From the IMG/VR virus record IMGVR_UViG_3300005913_000002: a stretch of DNA of 64,000 nt; one strand, written 5' to 3'. Numbering within the stretch: the first letter of the stretch is position 1; every line of letters starts with the position of its first letter. The notes below the pieces were generated by a model, which made no database searches, had not been told where the DNA came from, and was given only the letters and a program-made list of their open reading frames with translations. Shown here piece after piece: positions 13,901 to 22,200 of the stretch. Origin of the DNA: a virus. Made by a program: the position numbers and the translations under genes.

Positions 13901-14226
13901 ATCCTACATTGTTTATTGATGGTGCTACTGTAAGATTTTATCAGCAGAGTTATATTTCCGCAAGTGGATATTTGTTTGAGTATGTTGGTGCCGGTACACA
14001 GTACGGAGCGTTACCACAAGTTGGTAAGGCTGATCCTGTACAAGAGAGAGAAGTAGTTCAGTTAAATAATGGTAAGGTGTTCTTTACATCAACAGACCAA
14101 AACGGAGACTTTAGAATTGGCCCAACGCTGGTTATTAGTCAAAGCACTGGTGTGTTGGCAGGTCGTACATTCGAGAAGAGTTTGTATGCTACAATGACAC
14201 CGTTTATCTTAGTGGTAGGAGCATAA
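4981..14226 (+). CDS. Giant (3081 aa) virion structural protein: beta-helix-like N-terminal region plus 14 CxRD helical repeats
   Basis: LYVTPDGDDRNDG...RTISGA...AGAYFED is a pectin-lyase-like/beta-helix start motif; 14 C-x-R-D repeats; C-terminal domain shared with ORF 3..4544. Confidence 0.8.
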   Translation: MPRLLSNRRPVLRPEDLKEDRWDYLNLENAQPALGVAPTANEGYTLQTDEDGKVTWTNTLGRLAFEDQTITATENGTDITISGIDTESEIILSPFQRLQINGDAVVTGDFTVEGNPLGTYPIVPQTLYVTPDGDDRNDGSALDASRACRTISGAVRSPLYIPGTSIKVAAGAYFEDNPIPLKPYTSVVGNDLRTTFIEPLNKDLDLFHVNSGVYIAQMQMRNLRRGEVERYAPGGAGTYTTGAYAVAFPPSLDNPIDLYHSPYIQNCTNQSGPWLKDGTMFVPNQTVQIPLGAGTSTWVANQSTITVTLYTGTVAVGMAVNDEANEGYRNAQLLLQRNKTFLQSQVVAWINNEYPGLDYNQDSCYRDVGFIIDAVSGDARFGGNKRSIEAGLAYWSGVTTLIPGEINETANAIQYLKSISADVVINNATSVTLYSTSTNQVIDLNLDKGSVVQTRIATSYDLISTIVTNGEIAVPNTVDDLVGLIYPTGLSPNEVNVASTVTSVNMIAQNTYEVMLSRPTVAASDDARIYFGYTTTYPYLDAEVPPEWQVDDGEQYAIRTLDPTGAGGGALVDGNAPSERSPIQSFVFDAFTQLNQGGNGIHIINNGYAQLVSVFTIFCSNAVIVENGGIASITNSNSNFGDTCLTAKGLGKLASQGFVRNPAYPTNVPNGEYYPLGFWPNSQQMEVFLPNDLDRPHIGQVMEVVPPDTYIDFAGNRVPYVNEVGYPGYLVSTSNTGSITTSSYIISGIDVTNIAVGHTLYIRDVYGSEVHPETGEPYVTTGTQVVDVQFKTVVLDRPILNGYTDTNFNYFNLYFAGNAYYTVLSSTIDSALSSTVSNQVTLVPGQETTTSLAVSYAKDIALRVIQNVPITGFVYDKVKCARDTGIIVDTVVADLMFSGTGPFTQANFSGLQYWNQDGYVGDIANELTTTTNAIKYVKELAYNVVLGNTTSTPYQSTVTQNLSLPVATGTEASAIRTDFQVIIDILENGTAGVTDIVVANGIDILNADAQKAYDLLQINKSFIQAEAVAYVESTKESGFEYDQEKCLRDVGYMIDSVAHDTLYGGNRQAIQSGVFYYGFSNTQSAVENEQAQTSAAFNKLKEIIPLIITNVEITPTINNTATQITNLTSSTIAVAGITNNIISLITDIITEGPDVAIEGLPIGQTRTTNIDTEAAATILLANRDFIKSETIAWVDKYYGTGFVYDQAKCYRDTGLIVDAIATDLLYPTDEKSQTTFAGLQYWNQAGYIGDISRELTTTTNAIKYAKTVAAEVVQGITTGTRYQSTVTQNAASTFATAVEGNIVAADFDVIIDILVDGTAGVTDKIVPNGVQSIDTATINAYTLLVNNKEYIQSETIAYIEATKFDYDEEKCYRDSGLIVDAIALDLLYPTDTYSQSTFAGLQYWDQNGYTGSIAGELTTTTNAITYVSALAQLIVQNDESGTRYQSTVTQNTSLDAASSAAALIIDTDFAVITDILTNGTDGVTDTIVPNNIAESTVTDVINAYNLLVLNKEYLQAEAVAYVESTKTSEFEYDQELCFRDIGYIVDSVAFDLLHSGNKQAVQSGVYYYSFNANSTAIPNEIPQTLQAFNFIKEISQRIVTNTTGTNYQSTVTQNTSLTAATSFESEILGRAINTITNIISDGPSVVTAKTPISLDASGDVNKLRAALILEINRDYIQAETVAFVNQTQRFIYDQELCFRDVGYMVDSVAFDLLHPLHDGIPSNRQAIQSGVYYYGFSDTSSAIAGEIPQTTAAYNFIKGLLPYVVTGENAIPQQPFITQTTSTSVGTSNEILDVQNSIDTIVNIINNGPGVANEKVPVSLTKDTSTDVYNAYQLLVANRQFIQEETIAYINNNFKFGSYQNITEQVFDYDLSGGERALTSLEEKFDIIADIIKDGADSSPTIRKPRQYVDSNQGVLNARRLLEKNRNFIQEEVVAYVDNLWPSKFSYDPVKCSRDTGLIVDALAQDILFDGNTQSTFAGLQYWNQDTVLFPSEQTTTTNAVRYLKDIATKVITNNTSGYRYSTSTQIENTSTATIAVISNIQAGFDLIIDILENGTARITDRIVPNNLNQSEILAVRSAYESLQSNKSSIQTEVVEYIDQTNNFVYDEAKCFRDTGLIVDAIALDMKYPTTGDSQSTFAGLQYWNQGGYTGSIASELTTTTNAINYLSGLAQKVIVNSLTGTRYQSTVTQTTSTSVGTAAESAIIGTNFTFITDILTTGTTGITDLIVPNGRPSLNANVSNAYNLLIENKEYLQAEVVAYVESTKEEGFEYNQDKCFRDVGYMVDSVAFDLVHGGNKQSIQSGFYYYGYDSTSTAIVNEIPQTTAAYNRIKEIIPFIVQNEIVSVSQGNTATQVTYMLPATITQVGVLQTKIDRITEIINNGPSAAPELEPISLTADTDPLVDRAYDILVANRDFIKAEIVAYVNQQFTGFEYDREKCFRDVGYMLDSVSFDLLYSGNRQAVQSGVYYYGYDSTSTAIPKEIPQTTAAYNFIERIVGDIVTGTLITTPQQYTVVQVVSDDVASEDEAQMIRDNVNFINSIIEFGPDQVTVKEPISITETQDVKMRNAAYLLNANREFIRAETIAFINNTYQTGFLYDKTKCQRDTGLIVDSIAFDLLHDGVTESTFAGLQYWNQDTYVGSVRGEITTTTNSIRYIKELVADVIVNNEISSTVGNTATQNTSLPATTVGIATLVTGNVDIILNILANGTAGVTDIIVPDSTSSNREDINRGYNLLMANKEFIQDEVIARIDYDNTEFDYDRTVCRRDIGYIVDSLAFDLLHEGNRQSVTSGVYYYGFDAADTVIDNQVSQTTAAYDRIKDIVGSIVKAEAVNQTYQYKVKQVLSTNTATDSEVVVLQEKIDIITDIINNGPEQAGAQTPIDHVASTSTSVINAFDLLIANKNFIKAEVVAYIDAKYTDTPNYDRDKCYRDVGAIIDAVGYDVAYGGNYNSVNTGNGYFNRKGQYHIVRLEQNVTDPTLFIDGATVRFYQQSYISASGYLFEYVGAGTQYGALPQVGKADPVQEREVVQLNNGKVFFTSTDQNGDFRIGPTLVISQSTGVLAGRTFEKSLYATMTPFILVVGA

Positions 14227-14227
14227 C

Positions 14228-15943
14228 GTGGCAGCATTATTAAGTGGAAGAGTTAAAAACCCAACGTCAACTGATGGATTCATCGGTCTAAGCGAAACAC
14301 AAGTAGCGTTGGGTAATACTCCCAGAGATGATACTGGTTATGCTATCATTACAATAAACAATATTGCCACTTATACAAACAAGTTACAACAACTTCAATT
14401 TGCTACAGACAATTCTACTGAAACTAGAATAACTAGTCAATTACCTGACGGTAATATAATAATTGAAACTACCGGAACTGGCACTATCTACTTGTTAGGT
14501 AATGTTAGTATTCCAATATTAGATGCTCAAACTGCATTTAAAGGGCCTGTTCAAGCAGCAACTATTGAAGATGTAGACCTTATTGGCGGTGCTCCTTCTA
14601 CAGTTGATGGAGTTGATCTCGAGTTAGAAAATAGAATATTAGTTAGAGCACAAACTGATCCGGCTCAGAATGGTATATACATTGTAAGTTTTGTAGGATC
14701 AGGAGCAAACGGCACTTGGTCAAGAGCGTCTGATAATAATACGGCTGACAAAATGGCATCTGCTATTGTTAGTGTGCAAGGTGGAGATACATTATCAGGA
14801 AGGTATTTTTATACAGATTTTTTACCCAATCAAGAACTCGATGTTGATCCTGTTGCATGGTATCAATTGATTGCTGATTTTAAAGATCAATTTATAGAAA
14901 ACAAAAATATTGACAACTCATCAATTGGATTTTTTAATCCAGGTTATGGTGGATTTAACGATCTCAGAGCAGTTAGTACAACTACATCAACTGGCACAGA
15001 TAGTGGCGCATTATTAGTATACGGCGGAGCAGGCATCGGCGGCGACGTTAATATTGACGGACTTACAAAAGTTTGGAATTCGACAAGTGCAACTTCTACC
15101 TTTACAGGTGCTATGCAAATAGCAGGAGGTTTAGGTGTTAACGGCGCAATTTATGCTCGATCAATATATGTTGACGGAGTACCACTAGATGAACCTTTTT
15201 GGAATGGTGGACAAATAACTAGTCCGTTCTATGTGGCTAACATCGAAGGCGCAACAAGCACCATGACAGGTGCATTAAAAGTACTCGGCGGCGCAGGCAT
15301 AGGCGGTGCATTGTATGTAGGCGAAAGTATTACATTAGAAAGTCCTAATCAAGTTGATAGTGTTTACTTTCGTATGCGAAATACTGCAACTAACGGACAA
15401 AGTTACACATGGAGAGTAGGCGGAAATAACTTTGCAGGCCAAAGTGGTGCCAACTTAAATGAAGGCGGTCTAACTTTATATAATGACACAAACAATACAT
15501 ACCGTTTAGCAATAACAAAAGGTACAGGAAACCTGCTTGTAGGTGCTCAAACAGACAACGGAACAGACAAATTACAAGTGTCCGGTAGTGTCCGATTCGG
15601 AGACGGTCAACTGTTTACTCGTAGTACCAGCATAAATAACACTAGTACTACAGTTATAGACAGTTTTCCTGCCGCAACTTACAGAACTGCAAAGTTATTA
15701 GTGCAAGTTGCTGACGGAATTGGGTCCGGAGCCAAGTTCCATGTAGTTGAGATCGTAACTTTACTTGATAATGACGGAAACGTTTACAAGTCAGAATACG
15801 GTATTATTACAACAGGAGGGTCGTCGGGAGAGTTTGCAGTAGATTATAATGTAGGTGGTAACGGATTAGTTAGACTATTATTCACAGCAGACCAAACAAC
15901 GGCAAAATTGGTAAAAGTCTTAAGGACAGCAATAAGCAGGTAA
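14228..15943 (+). CDS. Tail-fibre-like structural protein
   Basis: VQAAT...VDGV.L...RILVRAQT...QNGIY fibre module, GAL.V.GG.GIG repeats, and a C-terminal IDSF...YRTAK.LVQ...EYG domain shared with the next gene. GTG start. Confidence 0.65.
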   Translation: MAALLSGRVKNPTSTDGFIGLSETQVALGNTPRDDTGYAIITINNIATYTNKLQQLQFATDNSTETRITSQLPDGNIIIETTGTGTIYLLGNVSIPILDAQTAFKGPVQAATIEDVDLIGGAPSTVDGVDLELENRILVRAQTDPAQNGIYIVSFVGSGANGTWSRASDNNTADKMASAIVSVQGGDTLSGRYFYTDFLPNQELDVDPVAWYQLIADFKDQFIENKNIDNSSIGFFNPGYGGFNDLRAVSTTTSTGTDSGALLVYGGAGIGGDVNIDGLTKVWNSTSATSTFTGAMQIAGGLGVNGAIYARSIYVDGVPLDEPFWNGGQITSPFYVANIEGATSTMTGALKVLGGAGIGGALYVGESITLESPNQVDSVYFRMRNTATNGQSYTWRVGGNNFAGQSGANLNEGGLTLYNDTNNTYRLAITKGTGNLLVGAQTDNGTDKLQVSGSVRFGDGQLFTRSTSINNTSTTVIDSFPAATYRTAKLLVQVADGIGSGAKFHVVEIVTLLDNDGNVYKSEYGIITTGGSSGEFAVDYNVGGNGLVRLLFTADQTTAKLVKVLRTAISR

Positions 15944-15961
15944 AATGTTAAGGATTAAGAA

Positions 15962-18900
15962 ATGGCAAACATAAAAGATTTCGTCGTAAAACAAGGCATA
16001 GTTGCAGAAGGGACCGCAGCGTCCAATAACACTGCAACTGGTGCATTACTTGTAGGCGGCGGAGCGGGTATAGGCGGTAACGTCAACATTGGTGGTTATA
16101 TTAAAAGGCAGGGAGATGTAACTAGCGATACACACAGTCTAGGTGCGCAATTATCTTTTAGAGATGCGGTATTCACTGATAGTTTAGTAACAGGCAGATC
16201 AGCCTGGGGTATTGTAAACTATTTTGGCAATCCACAATTAGATACAATCAGTGAAGATGCAACATACACTAACGCTACTAACATCTTTATTAAAGGTCCT
16301 GCTCAAGCAGTTGCTGGCGGCAATTTAACAATTGAAAAGTCTTGGGCATTATATGCTAGTTCAGGTAGTTTTTATATTGGTGAAACAAGTGGCAGTACAA
16401 GTACTGCGGCTGGCCAAGCATTACAGATAGCAGGCGGTGTTAGTTTTGGCAACGGAATTTACGGCGCAGGTGGCGGAAGTCTATTCGGTTACTACGAAAT
16501 TGATGGTAGCCAAGTTTTAACAAAGGCAACACAAAACGTAGGTCTTGCAGAATTTCCAGACGGCATTTTAATATCAACTTCTACGCAAGCAGTTAGCACA
16601 GCAACAGGAGCATTAGTTCTTTCAAACGGCGGCGGCATTGGCGTTGCAGGCAATGTATATGTAGGTGGATACTTAGCAGTATTAACAACTGCAACAATTT
16701 TAGGCACAGAAAATGCATCCAGCACATCAACTGGAGCGTTAAGACTCGAAGGCGGTCTAGGCATAGGGCAAGATCTGTTTGCACAAAACGGCGTCTTTGT
16801 TTCTGGAAATTCAAATACTAGCACGGTCGGCGGCAACAGTGTTCAAATTACTAGTGGTGGCGGCCTAGGTGTTAGCGGGTCTGCATTAATTCAAGGTCTA
16901 GTATACTTAGAAAACACTACAGACTCAGATGCTGTTGACACAGGTGCATTGGTTGTACGAGGCGGTGTTGGAATTGAACAAAATTTAACAGTTAATACTG
17001 TTGATATTGTAGGTACAACCTTAGCAACTGATGAAAGTTCAGGTGCATTAACAGTTGCAGGCGGCGTAGGAATTGCTGGTAATTTAGTAATTGGTGCTAC
17101 TGACAGTTCTACTGGAACTACTGCATCAAATGCATTAGTTGTAGCAGGCGGCGGATACTTTGGCGGCGATTTGTCAGTTAAAGGAACAACAGTAATTGAA
17201 GGAGACCTATTACTATTAGGTATAGGTACACAAGTCACAATTAATTCAACAAATACTTACATTGTTGATCCGTTAGTCGAAATTGGCGGCGGTATAGATG
17301 GTTCTATGCTAACTGTTCCAGATGTATATGACAAAGGTTTATTAATACATTATCAAAATGCAGCAAGTACAGTAACAGATTGGCGTGCATTTATTGGTCT
17401 AGAAAACACTACTGAACGCTTTATCTTTAAAACAGATATTGATCCTAGCGTAGAAGGTGAAGATCCCTTTGGCGATTATTATAACAGCGGTACCTGGAGT
17501 ACATTAGAAGCAGGTAGTTTAGTTTTAAGAAATGATTTAACAGTTAACGGAACAGCAAATGTTACCGGATCTGCTGAGTTTGAAAATACTGTAACATTTA
17601 CTAGTGCAGCATTTTCATCGACACAAATTTTAGATAATGCGTTACAAGTTCCAAATGGCGGCATTGGCGCAAGATATTTGTACATTGAAGAATCTGGTTT
17701 TATTAAAAATGCTGAAATTCTAACAACTGGTACAATTAACAATAACATCGGCGGATTGTTTACTAATACTTTCCAGTTTGCTAACTTAACTGAGGCAAAC
17801 AGTACTGACACCGGCGCAGTAACAGTTGGTGGCGGCGTTGGTATTGGTGGTAATTTATATGTTGGCGGCAATCAAGTACTGTACGGAACATTATCTATTA
17901 CAGATGAAACACAATCTGTAGACAGTAGTACAGGAGCATTAACTGTTCTTGGTGGTGTTGGCGTTGGTAAGAATCTAAATGTAGGCGGAACTGTTGCAAT
18001 TACAGACGCAACTAACAGTACCGGTACTGATAATGGTGCGTTGACTGTGGCAGGCGGCGCCGGCATTGCAGGTGATGTATATGTCGGCGGCTTTATTGTA
18101 GCAACTAACACTGTAACTGTTTATCAATTAATTGTCACAAGCGAAGAAGATAGCACAGCAACAGATAATGGTGCTGTAACTATTGCAGGCGGCATAGGTG
18201 TTGGCAAAACTATAAATGCAGATAGAATTAATGTTCAAACTGCTAGTATTAACAGCGGAACAAGTTCTACTTCAACTAATACAGGTGATTTAGTAGTTAC
18301 TGGTGGTGCAGGTATCGGTGAAAACTTACATGTAGGAAATAATCTACAAGTTTACTCAACATTAACATCAATAAGCACTAATACAGGTGCATTAGTAGTC
18401 GAAGGCGGTGCCGGCATCGGTAAAGATGTCTACATTGGTGGTAAAATTACTAGAAACGGTGAAGTTACTGTAAGCCAATTAAACTTGGGCGGTGCAGCAC
18501 TAGCAATTTCGACCTCTACATATATAGACGAACTGTCAAGCGGCACACCTAGCAGTTTAGCAATTAATAGTTTTGGTCGTCCTACAATTGTAGGAACATT
18601 AAATCCAACATGGGGCGATGCTTCTACATTATATATCGATAATGCTCCGCAATTTACAGGTGGAGCCGATGCTACACGCAAGTGGGCCGCATTCGTTAAT
18701 CAGGGTGCAGTAAAAATTGCAACTGGCACAGTTAACAACGGTACTACAAATAGTGGTGCATTACAAGTTGTTGGTGGTGTTGGCGTTGGCGGTTCACTAA
18801 CCGTTGGTGGAAAAGTTAAAGCAAACACTGTTGAAGTTGGATCTAACTTAATTAGTTCTCCGGGAATTACAGGTAAGAGCGATGCAACTGCTGCAACTAT

Positions 18901-19186
18901 TGATACATATGTAGGTAACGAATTTACTACAGCAAAATATCTAGTACAAGTTAATGATTTAGGAACACCTAACAAGTTCCATGTTGTAGAATTAATGGTA
19001 ACATATGATGGCAGTGCTGCAACCAGCGGCGTTTATATCAGTCAATACGGTATTATTACAAACACAGGCGAATTGGGCACGTTTGATGTCACTTACAATT
19101 TAGGTGATATCAATGTTATCTTTACACCAAACTATACTCCAGTAAGTATGAGTATACGAGCGGTGCGATTTGCAATCATAACTTAA
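15962..19186 (+). CDS. Fibre-like structural protein with many STxTGALxVxGGxGI repeats
   Basis: More than 10 Gly-rich repeats; N-terminal DFVVKQG motif; C-terminal domain shared with 14228..15943. Confidence 0.65.
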   Translation: MANIKDFVVKQGIVAEGTAASNNTATGALLVGGGAGIGGNVNIGGYIKRQGDVTSDTHSLGAQLSFRDAVFTDSLVTGRSAWGIVNYFGNPQLDTISEDATYTNATNIFIKGPAQAVAGGNLTIEKSWALYASSGSFYIGETSGSTSTAAGQALQIAGGVSFGNGIYGAGGGSLFGYYEIDGSQVLTKATQNVGLAEFPDGILISTSTQAVSTATGALVLSNGGGIGVAGNVYVGGYLAVLTTATILGTENASSTSTGALRLEGGLGIGQDLFAQNGVFVSGNSNTSTVGGNSVQITSGGGLGVSGSALIQGLVYLENTTDSDAVDTGALVVRGGVGIEQNLTVNTVDIVGTTLATDESSGALTVAGGVGIAGNLVIGATDSSTGTTASNALVVAGGGYFGGDLSVKGTTVIEGDLLLLGIGTQVTINSTNTYIVDPLVEIGGGIDGSMLTVPDVYDKGLLIHYQNAASTVTDWRAFIGLENTTERFIFKTDIDPSVEGEDPFGDYYNSGTWSTLEAGSLVLRNDLTVNGTANVTGSAEFENTVTFTSAAFSSTQILDNALQVPNGGIGARYLYIEESGFIKNAEILTTGTINNNIGGLFTNTFQFANLTEANSTDTGAVTVGGGVGIGGNLYVGGNQVLYGTLSITDETQSVDSSTGALTVLGGVGVGKNLNVGGTVAITDATNSTGTDNGALTVAGGAGIAGDVYVGGFIVATNTVTVYQLIVTSEEDSTATDNGAVTIAGGIGVGKTINADRINVQTASINSGTSSTSTNTGDLVVTGGAGIGENLHVGNNLQVYSTLTSISTNTGALVVEGGAGIGKDVYIGGKITRNGEVTVSQLNLGGAALAISTSTYIDELSSGTPSSLAINSFGRPTIVGTLNPTWGDASTLYIDNAPQFTGGADATRKWAAFVNQGAVKIATGTVNNGTTNSGALQVVGGVGVGGSLTVGGKVKANTVEVGSNLISSPGITGKSDATAATIDTYVGNEFTTAKYLVQVNDLGTPNKFHVVELMVTYDGSAATSGVYISQYGIITNTGELGTFDVTYNLGDINVIFTPNYTPVSMSIRAVRFAIIT

Positions 19187-19191
19187 CATAC

Positions 19192-19216
19192 AGGGCAACT
19201 TAGTTGCCCTTTTTTA
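19192..19216 (+). terminator. Rho-independent terminator
   Basis: AGGGCAAC-TTA-GTTGCCCT hairpin followed by a T-run, just after the stop at 19186. Confidence 0.85.
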
Positions 19217-19222
19217 TTTTGG

Positions 19223-19230
19223 TATAAATA
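19223..19230 (+). promoter_or_regulatory. T4-type late promoter TATAAATA
   Basis: Exact T4 gp55 consensus upstream of 19273. Confidence 0.8.
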
Positions 19231-19272
19231 CTCGAATAATATACATCGCCGTCATGTGGAAAGGGAAACTGA

Positions 19273-22200
19273 ATGGCACAAGCAGATTTCATCGTTAAAA
19301 ACGGTGCAGTAATTCTTAATGGGTTAACTGCCACCTCAACAAGTACAACATCGGGTGCCTTGGTAATTCAAGGCGGTATTGCTACATCAGGGCAATCAAC
19401 ATTTGGTGGCAATTTAAACATTGTAAACACTACTACCGCAGTATCAGACACTACTGGTGCGTTAACTGTAGTAGGCGGAGTGGGTATTACTGGTGACTTA
19501 TGGGTCAAAGGAGTAAATCTTACTCAAAGTGATCCTCATGTAGTTTATGTTTCCGAGTCAGGCAATGATGCAAACGACGGGTTATTGCCGCAGTCTTCAG
19601 TACAAACAATTAAACAAGGTTTAATTTTAGCCAGAAATATATATGATACTACTGGTCAGGGTGCAGATGTTAGTTTACACGCAGGTGTGTACGTAGAAGA
19701 ATTTCCGTTATATGTATCAACAGGTACTGCTGTTAAAGGAGCAGGACTTCGTCAAGTAACAGTTCGTCCTACTACTGCTACAAATACTTTTACGGGTTTT
19801 TTGCTAGACGGCGAAACAACTATCAGCGACTTTGCTATTACAAGTTTTTATAAACCTGGTTATGCATTTGCTTATGCTCCTAATGCAAAAATTACAACAC
19901 GCAGTCCTTACGTTGAGCGTTTTTCCGTAATTACAAGAGGTTCAAACCCTACTGCTAACGATCCGTATGGATACGATAGCAACGACGCAGGCGGCGGCGC
20001 ATACTTAGATGGAAGTCAAGTTGATAAATCTTCATTAGAAGCAGCATTTTTATTCAACGAAGCCACGTTTATTACTCCTAGTTCTACTGCTATCTACGCA
20101 ACTAACGGAACTAGAGTTGAATTACTAAACGGATTTAGTTACTTCAGCGAAAAAGGTATTCACTTTGAAAGTGGATCAGAAGGTTGGGGCGGAGCAGGTC
20201 AAACTAAATTACGTCTCGCTAATACTACAGGCACATTTGCTGTAGGTGATTTCTTATACTACAAAGGTTCTACAGGAACCGTAGTTGCTAGTGGTGAAAT
20301 TGCTGCTGTAGATTCTGATTATATCTACATCGATGGAAAAGCATCTGGATTTATTGAGTCAGCAGACCGTGCTGGAAAAGTTGTTAACGTTTACGGCAAC
20401 ACTGAAATCAGCAGTTTTCAGCGTAAAATTGGTAACGGATCTGTGCATTTTACAACAGATGGTGATTTATTAGACATTGTTAGTGATGCCGATCTTCAAT
20501 ATGGTACAGGTGCATATACATTAGAAGCATGGGTATTTTTAGATCAAGGTGGTAGAACACAACAGATCTTTAACAAAGGTACTACTGTAGCCACTGAATT
20601 TGGTTTATATATCGACTCTGCTAATAAAGTAACTGGTCAACATAGTAGTACATTAATGACAGGTACTAGTGTATTGAGCACAGGCACTTGGTACCACGTT
20701 GCCTTATCAAGAGATACTGGAAATAATTTATACTTGTTTGTAGACGGAGGATTAGAAGCGACCGATACTTCTACTGCAAATACTACAAACGGTGAAAGTT
20801 TAACAATTGGTGGTAAAACTGGAGTTGCTAGCAACTCAATTAGAGGTTATATTGACGAAGCACGAGTAAGTTCAGTTGCTAGATATACAGCCGGCTTTAC
20901 TCCGTTAACAATTTCTTTTAATTCTGACATCAGCACTACTGTTCTAATCCACGGTGATGGTGCAGATACAAGCATTGATATTAAAGATGACGGCCAAGGT
21001 TCTCAAAATGTTTACACAACAACTGCAACAAGTGAAGATTCAGTAATTGCTAGTGCGCAGGCTATTATTCTTGCAGACTATAGACAATTTGGCGGTGAAT
21101 TGCGCTCAATTGGTTCTGCAGTCTGTTACGGCAACTACGGTATATACGCAGATGGTGAAGGTGTTGACCTAAAAGCAATTGCATTTAACATGAGTTATAT
21201 TGGATCAGGAAAAGATCTATCCAATGACGCTACTTTAGCAGTTCAAGCAAATGAAATTATTAGTCTAAATGGTGCTAAGGTATACTATCAAACAGTTGAC
21301 CATATTGGAGATTTTAGAGTTGGACCTGAATTCCGTATTAATCAACGTACAGGTAACGTTGACTTTGGAACTGCTAACTTCCGGTTAGGCCCGTTATCTA
21401 GTTTAACAGTTAGTGACGGTGTTAATGCTGTTGTTGTACAACCTAGTAGCATTTCAGTAGGATCGCTGTTGCTTGGCGGCAATAGAATACAAACTATTAG
21501 CGGCAACTTAATTTTAGATCCTAATGGAAGTTTAACTACAATTGAAAGTGATTTACAAGTAAATGGCGGCTTAAACTTTACAGGACAATTTTTAGCAACT
21601 AGTGTAGCAAACAGTACTAGTACTACTACTGGTGCTATTGTCGTTAGTGGCGGCATTGGTCTTGCAAAAGATTTATATGTTGGAGGAAATGCAACTGTTG
21701 CTGGAAATTTAATAGTTAAAGGATTAACTACTACAGTTAATAGTACTCAAACAAGTATCAGCGATCCTGTATTAGATTTAGGTACTGGAGCAGATAATAC
21801 TGATATTGAAATTAATGATGGATGGGATCGAGGATTATTATTTCATTACAACACATCGCCCACTCAAAGTGTAGCAAGTTATACTAGAAGTTTCTTTGGT
21901 ATGGACAATGCTTCTGAGGATCTTGTTTACAAAGTTGGAGTTGCTAACGGAACACTTACTTCATTAGATCCTGACTTCTCTTCATTAGGAAGTTACGGCG
22001 GTGCAAAATTTGGTCGTCTATATTTAGAATTATTAACTCCTGGGTCTCCTAGTGACGGCGCACTAGTAGTTAAAGGCGGCGGCAGTATTGCCGGTGAGTT
22101 GTATGTACAAAATACTCAAGTAGTTACTACTGGAACTATAAATCAATATGCAGTAACTGAAGCAATTGGCGGAGAAGACATTGATGTAGACGTTAATATA

